This document shows, piece after piece, positions 9,197 to 16,289 of a DNA stretch of 26,810 nt. Position numbers and translations under genes: made by a program. Source of the stretch: a virus (lineage: Duplodnaviria > Heunggongvirae > Uroviricota > Caudoviricetes). The notes beneath the pieces were generated by a model. The model had not been told where the DNA came from, ran no database searches, and was given only the letters and a program-made list of their open reading frames with translations. Location: the IMG/VR virus record IMGVR_UViG_2740892035_000001, positions 1-26,810 of that record; one strand, 5' to 3'. Numbering within the stretch: the stretch's first letter is position 1; every line of letters starts with the position of its first letter.

Positions 9197-9430
9197 ATGC
9201 GCATTGAAATAATGATCGATAAAGAGCAGAAGATTAGCCAGTCTACCCTGGATGCCCTTGAATCCGAGCTTTACCGCAATCTGCGCCCCCTGTATCCCAA
9301 AACGGTAATTCGTATCCGCAAAGGTAGCTCTAACGGTGTGGAACTGACCGGACTGCAACTGGACGAAGAAAGAAAACAAGTGCTGAAAATTATGCAGAAG
9401 GTGTGGGAAGACGACTGCTGGCTGCATTGA
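9197..9430 (+). CDS. DinI-family protein (Tum72/DinI-like), 77 aa
   Basis: MRIEIMIDKEQ...ESELYRNLRPLYP...KVWEDDCWLH follows DinI family hallmarks (MRIE start, acidic Trp-containing C-terminus); own GAGGTGA SD. Confidence 0.65.
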   Translation: MRIEIMIDKEQKISQSTLDALESELYRNLRPLYPKTVIRIRKGSSNGVELTGLQLDEERKQVLKIMQKVWEDDCWLH

Positions 9431-9566
9431 TAGGTTTCGTTTGTAATGAGTCATGTTTTTTGAGTCCGATAGTAGACAGCTAGAGGGATAAATGATTAAT
9501 AGATAGATTAAACATAGTGATGGGCGTAAAATCGCGCGCATTTTATTGGCAACGGATCTGAACTCA

Positions 9567-10460
9567 ATGGCGGATAAGACTCAATCAGTAAGTATTGTGT
9601 ATCAAGGCAAAGCTCTCGACGATCATAAGATGGATATTCTTTCGTTTGCGAAAAGTTTGCAGGGGCTAGGTGAGGCTATCTACTCTGCAAATGAGATTGT
9701 AAACGGAGGGCGAGACATTGAAGTTAACGTTGACGCTGAATTGATAGCCGGTTCCTTTGGGTTTGATATTGAGGTTGTACAACATCTAGCTAATGCTAAA
9801 GATGTTGTACAAATTTTAGGTTTGTCAGCCATTCCTTTAGCCGTTGGCGGTGCTACAGTTTTAGAGGTTCTCAAGAAGCTTAACGGGCGTAAGATCGACA
9901 TAGTCGAGAAAGCTAACGGTAGTGACAAAGTTAAGCTGAAAGTCGATGGTGAAGAGATTGTTTGCTCTGAAGATGTCGAAAAAATCGTTAATGCCCCAGA
10001 GATTCGTAAGGCTGTTGACGCGTTTGTCAGACAGCCTCTGTTACAAGATGGTATCGACAATTTTGTGGTAAAAAAATCGCGCACCTCTAAGAAAGAAATC
10101 CTCAAAATTCATAAAGATGAGGCAGAAGAGTTTAAGTCGCCAAAAGTTCTCTTTGAAACCAAAGAAGAAGTTGACGAATTTGAAACAACCGTGACATTCG
10201 TTTCGGCGCATACTGACAAAAAAAGTGGCTGGCGTGTTGAGTTTGGCGGTGAAAAGCGCAATGTCAGAATGGAAGATAATGAGTTCATCAAGCTTGTTAC
10301 TGGACCAGACGCCCCCAAAATTTTTGGCGAATTGTTTGCTGTGAAGATGAAGAAAATTGTGAAAGATTCCGGTGGCCAGGTAGACGAAAAGTTATCGATC
10401 ATCAAAGTGGGTCGACACTTTGCCGCCAAAGATAGAAAAATAAAACCTGATGCGGATTAA
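9567..10460 (+). CDS. Accessory cargo protein X, ~297 aa, soluble, no recognisable motif (track start 9546 is a TTG)
   Basis: Long open frame in an AT-rich insert; first gene of a tightly coupled three-gene operon. Confidence 0.6.
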   Translation: MADKTQSVSIVYQGKALDDHKMDILSFAKSLQGLGEAIYSANEIVNGGRDIEVNVDAELIAGSFGFDIEVVQHLANAKDVVQILGLSAIPLAVGGATVLEVLKKLNGRKIDIVEKANGSDKVKLKVDGEEIVCSEDVEKIVNAPEIRKAVDAFVRQPLLQDGIDNFVVKKSRTSKKEILKIHKDEAEEFKSPKVLFETKEEVDEFETTVTFVSAHTDKKSGWRVEFGGEKRNVRMEDNEFIKLVTGPDAPKIFGELFAVKMKKIVKDSGGQVDEKLSIIKVGRHFAAKDRKIKPDAD

Positions 10461-10462
10461 AA

Positions 10463-10726
10463 ATGTCTATAGATATTAGTGTGTTAGGATGGTTGGGGCT
10501 GCTTGTTGCAGCTCCAGCTATATTTATAGGTGCTAGAGTGGCTATACGTAGCCTGCTCGATCGAGTTATTGTCGAAACAAAAGTTTCTATCACTTATACT
10601 GATGCAAACAAAAATGTCTATAAAACAAATATTTATATAAACAATGATGATGAGTTAATAAAGCTCATCGATGATATAGCAGAGAAAAATAAGCGTGAGA
10701 GGAAGGAGTCAGCCTCTCATGCCTGA
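10463..10726 (+). CDS. Accessory small membrane protein Y, 87 aa, one N-terminal TM helix plus charged C-terminal tail
   Basis: ISVLGWLGLLVAAPAIFIGARVAI hydrophobic segment; starts 2 nt after X stop. Confidence 0.55.
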   Translation: MSIDISVLGWLGLLVAAPAIFIGARVAIRSLLDRVIVETKVSITYTDANKNVYKTNIYINNDDELIKLIDDIAEKNKRERKESASHA

Positions 10727-11135
10727 ACAAAAGAAAACAAGCGGTAAAGCAGTCGGTGTTACAGGTGGCGGCGGTGTAGGCCTTTTCCTAATAAAGCTGG
10801 CTAGCTTCATTACAGATCCAACATGGAAAGACCTTTACATTGCTTCAATACCGATGGTGTCAATTCTTTTAAGCGAAGTTTTTACTTTTGCATGGACGAT
10901 TTATGCTGTTGATCCGCAAGAAATCAAACTGAAAAGGCGGTTGAAGGCTCTGAAGAAGCAAGCCGAAGCAGTTTTAAATGCACCATCGTCCCCTGTTTCT
11001 CCAGAAATGCGAGAGAAAGCGCAGGCTCGTTACGACGTGATCTGTGGAATTGAAATGGGAATTTACCCCCTCTCAATTGTAAATACGCTAGATGGAAAAG
11101 TATCCCCCACAGCGCAAACGCCGGACGTTAAATAG
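10719..11135 (+). CDS. Accessory membrane protein Z, 138 aa, two TM helices then soluble C-terminus
   Basis: ATG 10719 with AGGAAGGAG SD; overlaps Y by 8 nt; hydrophobic segments GVGLFLIKLASFI and IASIPMVSILLSEVFTFAWTIYAV. Confidence 0.55.
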   Translation: MPEQKKTSGKAVGVTGGGGVGLFLIKLASFITDPTWKDLYIASIPMVSILLSEVFTFAWTIYAVDPQEIKLKRRLKALKKQAEAVLNAPSSPVSPEMREKAQARYDVICGIEMGIYPLSIVNTLDGKVSPTAQTPDVK

Positions 11136-11200
11136 CAGTTTCTACTTTGCATGACTATGCTGCATGAAATCGCATGATCGTTTGAGGATCGTTTTTGCAA

Positions 11201-11227
11201 AAGCCCGCCAGAACTGGCGGGCTTTTG
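11201..11227 (+). terminator. Rho-independent terminator (GCCCGCC stem, 6-nt loop, TTTT tail) ending the X-Y-Z operon
   Basis: AAAGCCCGCCAGAACTGGCGGGCTTTT read directly. Confidence 0.7.
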
Positions 11228-11271
11228 CGTAGAGCATGCATCTGCATGAAAACCACTACATAAAGCGGGCA

Positions 11272-11290
11272 GGCGTGGCGGGGATACGAG
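11272..11290. other. Candidate cos (cohesive end) core: GGCGTGGCGGGGATACGAG
   Basis: First 13 nt match the G-rich 5' part of the 19-nt P2/186 cohesive end as recalled; lies between the accessory operons on the Q-proximal side. Confidence 0.35.
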
Positions 11291-11377
11291 CGCGCGCAAT
11301 AGGGTTATGTACAATAAATTTTTGACGATCTTCGAGTGTTATTAGCTTGAGGCTGTCAGGGAAAATGAATACAATAA

Positions 11378-11409
11378 GAAGCGCCTAGCAGAATGTTACT
11401 AGGCGCTTC
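11378..11409 (-). terminator. Hairpin (11-bp perfect stem GAAGCGCCTAG / CTAGGCGCTTC, 10-nt loop) downstream of the minus-strand micro-ORF operon
   Basis: Inverted repeat read directly; the minus-strand transcript would have a U-rich tract after it. Confidence 0.5.
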
Positions 11410-11442
11410 GAATATATAACCTGTATGACTTTCTTAACCTAC

Positions 11443-11550
11443 TTATCTTTTTGATTTCTTCTTCGTATCATCGTGATCGAATACTTGGCGGGTAGGCGGC
11501 TTGCTGGGTGGTGGCGGCGGCGGTAAATTAGATTTCTCATTTTTGCTCAT
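11443..11550 (-). CDS. Polyproline micro-ORF 1 (35 aa): MSKNEKSNLPPPPPPSKPPTRQVFDHDDTKKKSKR
   Basis: ATG-initiated; overlaps the stop of micro-ORF 2 by 14 nt; paralogous to micro-ORFs 2 and 3; below the ORF-track size cutoff. Confidence 0.45.
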   Translation of the reverse strand: MSKNEKSNLPPPPPPSKPPTRQVFDHDDTKKKSKR

Positions 11551-11671
11551 CTTTATTTTTCCTATTTTTTGGATCATTGCCATAGCTTTCTCTAACTAAC
11601 CGAGTGATTGGCGGTTTAGGTGGTGGTGGTGGTGGTGCTTCATTTTTTTTAGGATTTTTGTGTTCGGTCAT
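11537..11671 (-). CDS. Polyproline micro-ORF 2 (44 aa): MTEHKNPKKNEAPPPPPPKPPITRLVRESYGNDPKNRKNKDEQK
   Basis: In-frame ATG inside track ORF 11537-11725 (whose first M is a TTG); hexaproline tract; overlaps micro-ORF 3. Confidence 0.45.
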   Translation of the reverse strand: MTEHKNPKKNEAPPPPPPKPPITRLVRESYGNDPKNRKNKDEQK

Positions 11672-11786
11672 TTTTATCGTCCTTTCTGTCTCTTCGTAGT
11701 TGCCTTGCTTTTGAATCATCTTCAATAACGATCCTTCTTGCGGGTGGAGTAGGCCGAGGAGGTGGTGGCGGTAACGGTTTGGTCAT
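11649..11786 (-). CDS. Polyproline micro-ORF 3 (45 aa): MTKPLPPPPPRPTPPARRIVIEDDSKARQLRRDRKDDKNDRTQKS
   Basis: ATG overlaps the TAA stop of the upstream membrane protein gene (TAATG); translated by hand from the reverse complement. Confidence 0.45.
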   Translation of the reverse strand: MTKPLPPPPPRPTPPARRIVIEDDSKARQLRRDRKDDKNDRTQKS

Positions 11787-12436
11787 TAAGTTCTCCTGAC
11801 ATTTTCAATAGGTATTATCAAATAGTTAGGGGCGTTATTTTTCCGCGGTGATGCTGCATCTAAATCAGCTAAAAGAAATATGACTACTGCTGCGATAATT
11901 GGAATCCATGACCAGACAAGATACTTTGTTGACTCAAATAGTTTACTGGAACGTTCCTCATTGATATTACTGTTCCAGCTAGCACACTCTCTGATTTCTT
12001 GATGAATAAACTCCCAAAGTTTATTATCAGGGTTATAACTTTCATCGTATGTAAGTCCATTGTCATCGCAATATTTTTTATATTTCACTTCGTAACTAAT
12101 CAGATCTATGTGATAATCATGCAATGCTTTAGGTGCAGGGCAATACTTAAATTCATTTCCCCATATGACTTGTTTCAACAGAATTGATGATACAAGAACT
12201 AAGCCAAATGAAATTGCGGTACATAAAAATACTAGGCAAGCTAGCCTTGGGTGGGATTCATAAGATGTGTTTTTGGCGAGATAAGTGAGTATAGTTGCGG
12301 TAATGACAACTAATCCGAATTCGGCTTGAGCGCGAGTATGTATCTTGTCTTTATTCTCAATTTCTGAGAAATAAAGTTTTTCGTAAAATTCTAATGCTTT
12401 ATCCTTTTTCATTTTTAGATTCAGTGTGATGTCCAT
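11786..12436 (-). CDS. Accessory integral membrane protein, 216 aa, ~3 TM helices, no recognisable motif
   Basis: Hydrophobic segments FGLVVITATILTYLA, LACLVFLCTAISFGLVLVSSILL and YLVWSWIPIIAAVVIFLLA; AT-rich; between portal gene and cos-like motif. Confidence 0.6.
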   Translation of the reverse strand: MDITLNLKMKKDKALEFYEKLYFSEIENKDKIHTRAQAEFGLVVITATILTYLAKNTSYESHPRLACLVFLCTAISFGLVLVSSILLKQVIWGNEFKYCPAPKALHDYHIDLISYEVKYKKYCDDNGLTYDESYNPDNKLWEFIHQEIRECASWNSNINEERSSKLFESTKYLVWSWIPIIAAVVIFLLADLDAASPRKNNAPNYLIIPIENVRRT

Positions 12437-12469
12437 GTATCAAACATATCACGATAACAAAAAAAGAAA

Positions 12470-12487
12470 AGCCGCAATTCTGCGGCT
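12470..12487 (-). terminator. Rho-independent terminator after the portal gene (AGCCGCA stem, ATTC loop, then U-rich tract on the minus strand)
   Basis: On the minus strand the hairpin is followed by TTTTCTTTTTTTG. Confidence 0.65.
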
Positions 12488-12496
12488 GTTGGGAAG

Positions 12497-13534
12497 CTAA
12501 TCTAGCGATAATTCGTAATTTGTGAACCCTATCGCGTTTTTATCCAGCCATTTATTAAGCTCCTCAAAGCGTCTCTGAAGCGGAATAAGTTCATTACGAA
12601 CGAATACGCGGCTGGCCTTCTCCACATCCCCAAATCCCCCAACATTATTAGGCATAATCCCCATCATTTGCGGTGGCACACGATGCGCCGCCATCATGTC
12701 ATCCCGGCTCACGTTCTTGATGTTTAGAAACTCATCCTTCGCCGCGACTTCTGACAGAGGAATGATCTGAAGCCCATCCTTTTTGCCGTTAGGCGAGTAC
12801 ATAAACAGGTTGCGGAAGTTACCCGGTCCTTTGGCGCTTTTCATCGCATTGCGGAGGTTGTTCACATCCTCCTGGTTCTGCGCGGCATCGGTCATGTACA
12901 TGATGAAGCCTGCATGACTACCGTTAATGTAATACTTCCGGCGGAACAGCGTGGCGGACTCGTTGAGCAAAGCGGATGGGATGGCAGAAAGATAGCCGGG
13001 CAGGCCGTAGATCTCCTGATTAATATCCGGTTCCATCAGATGAAAAATGCTGCCTTTCGTGAACTGATACGGCTGGGTTGTCATACCGTATTGCACAAAC
13101 CAGTAGGTATCCAGGTCTAACCCGCGTCGGGTATATTTTGCCAGAGCAGGCTCAAGGGCGATAACTTCACCGAAGCGGTTCGTGCGTTTCTCCAGATAGG
13201 CGTTACCAAATACCAGATAGTCCTGCACAAAACGTGAAAAAGCCTGCTGGCTGAGCAGCGGGTGAGGGATGTAGGTACTGGTCAGTATGTTGCATTTCAC
13301 CGCAATTGGTGAACTGTGATGCACGGCAGCGCGGAAGGTGCGCGCCAGTCCGTCAAAGCTTACTGGCGGCTCATACCAGCGATCTGTCTGTACGCATTCC
13401 ACATAGTCCAGCAGTTCTCGGCGGTCCAGAACAGGAACGGGATCGCCGAAGCTGAATGCTTCGGCTGTAGTTTGACTTTTAAGCTGGATCTGTTTCGTCG
13501 CCGAAGCGCGGTTCTTCTTACTCTTTCCCATCAA
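12497..13534 (-). CDS. Q: Portal protein (P2 gpQ family), 345 aa
   Basis: Size and position as P2 Q, overlapping the terminase gene by 4 nt in the divergent Q-P operon. Confidence 0.9.
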   Translation of the reverse strand: MMGKSKKNRASATKQIQLKSQTTAEAFSFGDPVPVLDRRELLDYVECVQTDRWYEPPVSFDGLARTFRAAVHHSSPIAVKCNILTSTYIPHPLLSQQAFSRFVQDYLVFGNAYLEKRTNRFGEVIALEPALAKYTRRGLDLDTYWFVQYGMTTQPYQFTKGSIFHLMEPDINQEIYGLPGYLSAIPSALLNESATLFRRKYYINGSHAGFIMYMTDAAQNQEDVNNLRNAMKSAKGPGNFRNLFMYSPNGKKDGLQIIPLSEVAAKDEFLNIKNVSRDDMMAAHRVPPQMMGIMPNNVGGFGDVEKASRVFVRNELIPLQRRFEELNKWLDKNAIGFTNYELSLD

Positions 13535-15297
13535 AAAATCTCCACAATATTGCTGGTATTGGCGGACTCGCCCTGCAGCGGTTCGTTAAACAGTGCGTGC
13601 ATTGTTGCCCAGGCCAGATCGGCGTGACTGGCTTCTTCGCTGCGGCTGGCTTCATAGGTCGGGCGGTTGCCGCTGGCGGTGGTGGCGCGACGGATTGCCA
13701 TGAATGACTGCGCTATGTCGGTGTGTCCGGCGTCAAACTCCAGACGGCGGTGGCTGATAATGTCGTAGGCCTTGAGTACCAGGGCGTTTTTAACATTGGG
13801 GTTGTAGACAAACTCCCGGACGGCAGGAAAGAACGCTTTCACGTTCTCGTAAACCCCGTGGCCGACCCCAGTTGAGTCGATGCCGATATAGGTCACGTTG
13901 TACTGTTCGGTCAGTTTTTTGATGGCGTCAGCCTGGGCGCGGAAGTCCATCCCGCGCCACTGGTGACGCTCAAGAATGCGGAACTTACCGCCCGGCACGG
14001 CTGGCGGTGCCACCACCACGCATCCGGCACTGTCGCCGTTCTGCGTACCTTTTGCCGGGTCATAACCGATCCATACTTCGCGCCAGCCAAACGGGCGAAG
14101 GGCCAGTGCATGAAAGTCGGTCCAGACTTCCCAGCTGTCCACCATGCACGCCTGCAGCTCGCTGAGCGGAAACACGGACGCGAGATCGTCCACAAACTCG
14201 CACATCAGCAGGTTCTGGTATTCGTCCGGGCTGTACTCCATGCGCAACTGGTCAAGGTCGAACAGGTTGCAGCCGCCGCGCACCGCATCTTCCACGGTGA
14301 CTATCTGGCGGTATTGCCCGTCTGCGCACAGCAGGCCGGGGGCCAGATTGCTGTGGGACAGGTCGATGTCCACCTTGTCAGCTTTGTTGCGTCCACGGTT
14401 GAACAGCGCACCGGACCAGAACGGATAAGCACTGTGGGTCAGGCTGGATGGCGTGGAAAAATAGGTTTGTCGCCATTTCTTGTGAATAGCCATCCCGGAA
14501 GCCACTTTGCGCAGCTCCTGGAATTTCGGTATCCAGAAATATTCATCCAGATACAGGTTGCCGTGATAACTCTGGGCCGTGCGGGCATTGGTGCCGAGGA
14601 AGTAAAGCGTGGCCCCATTAGGAAGCACCATCGGATCGCCTTTTAGCTCCACCTCGACTTCTTTGGCGAAGTCGATGATGTATTGTTTAAAGACGTGGGC
14701 CTGAGCCTTACTGGCAGAAAGGAAAATCTGGTTGCGTCCGGTAAGCAGGGCGTCAATCAGGGCTTCACGGGCAAAATAGAAGGTCGCGCCGATCTGGCGT
14801 GACTTCAGCAGGTTGCGGATGCGGTTGGTTTTTCCGGCTTCCCACCAGTGGCGCTGGTAGTTGAACATGGAGGAATGGAAGATTTCTTCCAGCTTCTCAA
14901 TCTGCTCATCGGTGAAAACATTCTTTTCCGGCTGACGGCGTGGGCCTTTGTTGCGGTTGGCGACGTTAGGGTTTAAGTCGGCTTCGTTGCCGCCATTGTT
15001 AAACTTGCCGATCCGCGCGTGGCGCTCCGACTGGCGCGCCAGCAGGTCAATCTCTTTGAAATCTTTCCCTTCTTTGTGCTCCTTCATAATGAGCTGGCAG
15101 TAGCGTGCGGCGGTGGTGAGCTGCATCTGATCCAGCGGCCCATAGTCACCCCACTTGTCGCGTTTTTTCCAGCTGTGAACAGTTGCAACTTTCTCGCCCA
15201 GCATTTCAGCAATGCGGGCGACGCGGTATCCCTGAAAGTACAGCAGCATGGCCTGCCGACGGGGATCGAGATCTGCGGGTGTCAGTGTGGTGTTCAT
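13531..15297 (-). CDS. P: Terminase large (ATPase) subunit (P2 gpP family), 588 aa
   Basis: Size and position as P2 P; divergent from the O-N-M-L operon. Confidence 0.9.
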   Translation of the reverse strand: MNTTLTPADLDPRRQAMLLYFQGYRVARIAEMLGEKVATVHSWKKRDKWGDYGPLDQMQLTTAARYCQLIMKEHKEGKDFKEIDLLARQSERHARIGKFNNGGNEADLNPNVANRNKGPRRQPEKNVFTDEQIEKLEEIFHSSMFNYQRHWWEAGKTNRIRNLLKSRQIGATFYFAREALIDALLTGRNQIFLSASKAQAHVFKQYIIDFAKEVEVELKGDPMVLPNGATLYFLGTNARTAQSYHGNLYLDEYFWIPKFQELRKVASGMAIHKKWRQTYFSTPSSLTHSAYPFWSGALFNRGRNKADKVDIDLSHSNLAPGLLCADGQYRQIVTVEDAVRGGCNLFDLDQLRMEYSPDEYQNLLMCEFVDDLASVFPLSELQACMVDSWEVWTDFHALALRPFGWREVWIGYDPAKGTQNGDSAGCVVVAPPAVPGGKFRILERHQWRGMDFRAQADAIKKLTEQYNVTYIGIDSTGVGHGVYENVKAFFPAVREFVYNPNVKNALVLKAYDIISHRRLEFDAGHTDIAQSFMAIRRATTASGNRPTYEASRSEEASHADLAWATMHALFNEPLQGESANTSNIVEIF

Positions 15298-15343
15298 GGC
15301 ACAAACCTACAGCCTTGAATGAAGGCTTTCCCCGCCTGCGGTT

Positions 15344-15361
15344 TGTGTGGTTGTCGGTACA
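15344..15361. promoter_or_regulatory. Late promoter activator site, TGT-N12-ACA dyad (Ogr/B-type), in the P-O divergent region
   Basis: TGTGTGGTTGTCGGTACA read directly, ~80 nt upstream of the O start. Confidence 0.55.
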
Positions 15362-15439
15362 AATACCACGCATTGTTTCACTGCCCCCATCACCGCAACC
15401 ATAAGGCTCCAGTAAGTTTTTTCTAACGGAGCACGGCTC

Positions 15440-16273
15440 ATGACAGTGAAAGCAAAGCGTTTTCGCATCGGGGTGGAAGGTGCCACCACCGACGGACGCG
15501 AAATCCAGCGTGAATGGCTGGAACAGATGGCAGCCAGCTACAACCCGGCGGTGTATACCGCGCTGATTAACCTTGAGCACATCAAGTCTTATCTGCCGGA
15601 CAGCACCTTTAACCGCTACGGCAAGGTGACGGCGCTATTTGCTGAAGAAATCACGGAAGGTCCGCTGGCAGGCAAGATGGCGCTGTATGCCGACGTTGAG
15701 CCAACGGAATCCCTGGTGGAACTGGTGAAAAAAGGCCAGAAATTATTCACCTCTATGGAAGTCAGCCCGAAGTTTGCTGATACGGGCAAAGCCTACCTGG
15801 TCGGCCTGGCTGCCACTGATGACCCTGCCAGTCTGGGCACTGAAATGCTGACATTCAGCGCCAGTGCAGCCCATAACCCGCTGGCAAACCGCAAGCAGAA
15901 TCCCGCCAATCTTTTTACCGCTGCAGAGGAAACGGTGATCGAACTGGAAGAAATCCAGGATGACAAACCGTCCCTGTTTGCCCGTGTCACGGCGCTGTTC
16001 ACCAAAAAAGAGCAGTCCGATGACGCCCGGTTCTCTGATGTGCATAAGGCCGTGGAACTGGTCGCCACTGAGCAGCAGAACCTGAGTGCGCGCACCGAAA
16101 AATCCCTGTCTGAGCAGGAAGAACGCCTGTCTGAGCTGGAGACTGCCCTGCAGGCACAGCAGACCGCCTTTAACGAACTGGTGGACAAGCTGAGCCAAGA
16201 AGACAGCCGCCAGGACTACCGCCAGCGTGCAACAGGTGGTAACGCCCCCGCTGACACTCTGACCAATTGCTGA
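15440..16273 (+). CDS. O: Capsid scaffolding protein (P2 gpO family), 277 aa
   Basis: Size and position as P2 O. Confidence 0.9.
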   Translation: MTVKAKRFRIGVEGATTDGREIQREWLEQMAASYNPAVYTALINLEHIKSYLPDSTFNRYGKVTALFAEEITEGPLAGKMALYADVEPTESLVELVKKGQKLFTSMEVSPKFADTGKAYLVGLAATDDPASLGTEMLTFSASAAHNPLANRKQNPANLFTAAEETVIELEEIQDDKPSLFARVTALFTKKEQSDDARFSDVHKAVELVATEQQNLSARTEKSLSEQEERLSELETALQAQQTAFNELVDKLSQEDSRQDYRQRATGGNAPADTLTNC

Positions 16274-16289
16274 TGGAGCACAAAACCTG

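Noticed and set aside
9567-10460. Protein X as a TIR-domain protein, which would make the operon resemble TIR plus small membrane protein defense systems
   Set aside because: I could not find the usual TIR N-terminal strand and conserved Glu context by eye; kept as unknown pending HMM search.
11460-11790. Plus-strand reading of the tandem repeats (GGTGGTGG tracts) as small Gly-rich hydrophobic peptides, or as a CRISPR-like array
   Set aside because: Plus-strand frames lack ATG starts and unit 3 gives no comparable peptide, whereas the minus strand gives three ATG-initiated, translationally coupled paralogues. Units are ~120 bp with divergent sequence and no spacer/repeat regularity, so this is not a CRISPR array. 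The plus-strand possibility is kept as the main alternative in the finding.
8845-12496. P2 tin or old homologs at the hotspot
   Set aside because: Old is a ~590-aa ATPase/nuclease and Tin a ~250-aa protein; no ORF of matching size or ATPase Walker motifs is present, so the cargo here is different.
13911-14646. ORFs of 94-227 aa on both strands inside the terminase gene P
   Set aside because: Embedded in or antisense to a conserved long gene; no SD or start context; typical spurious frames in GC-rich coding DNA.
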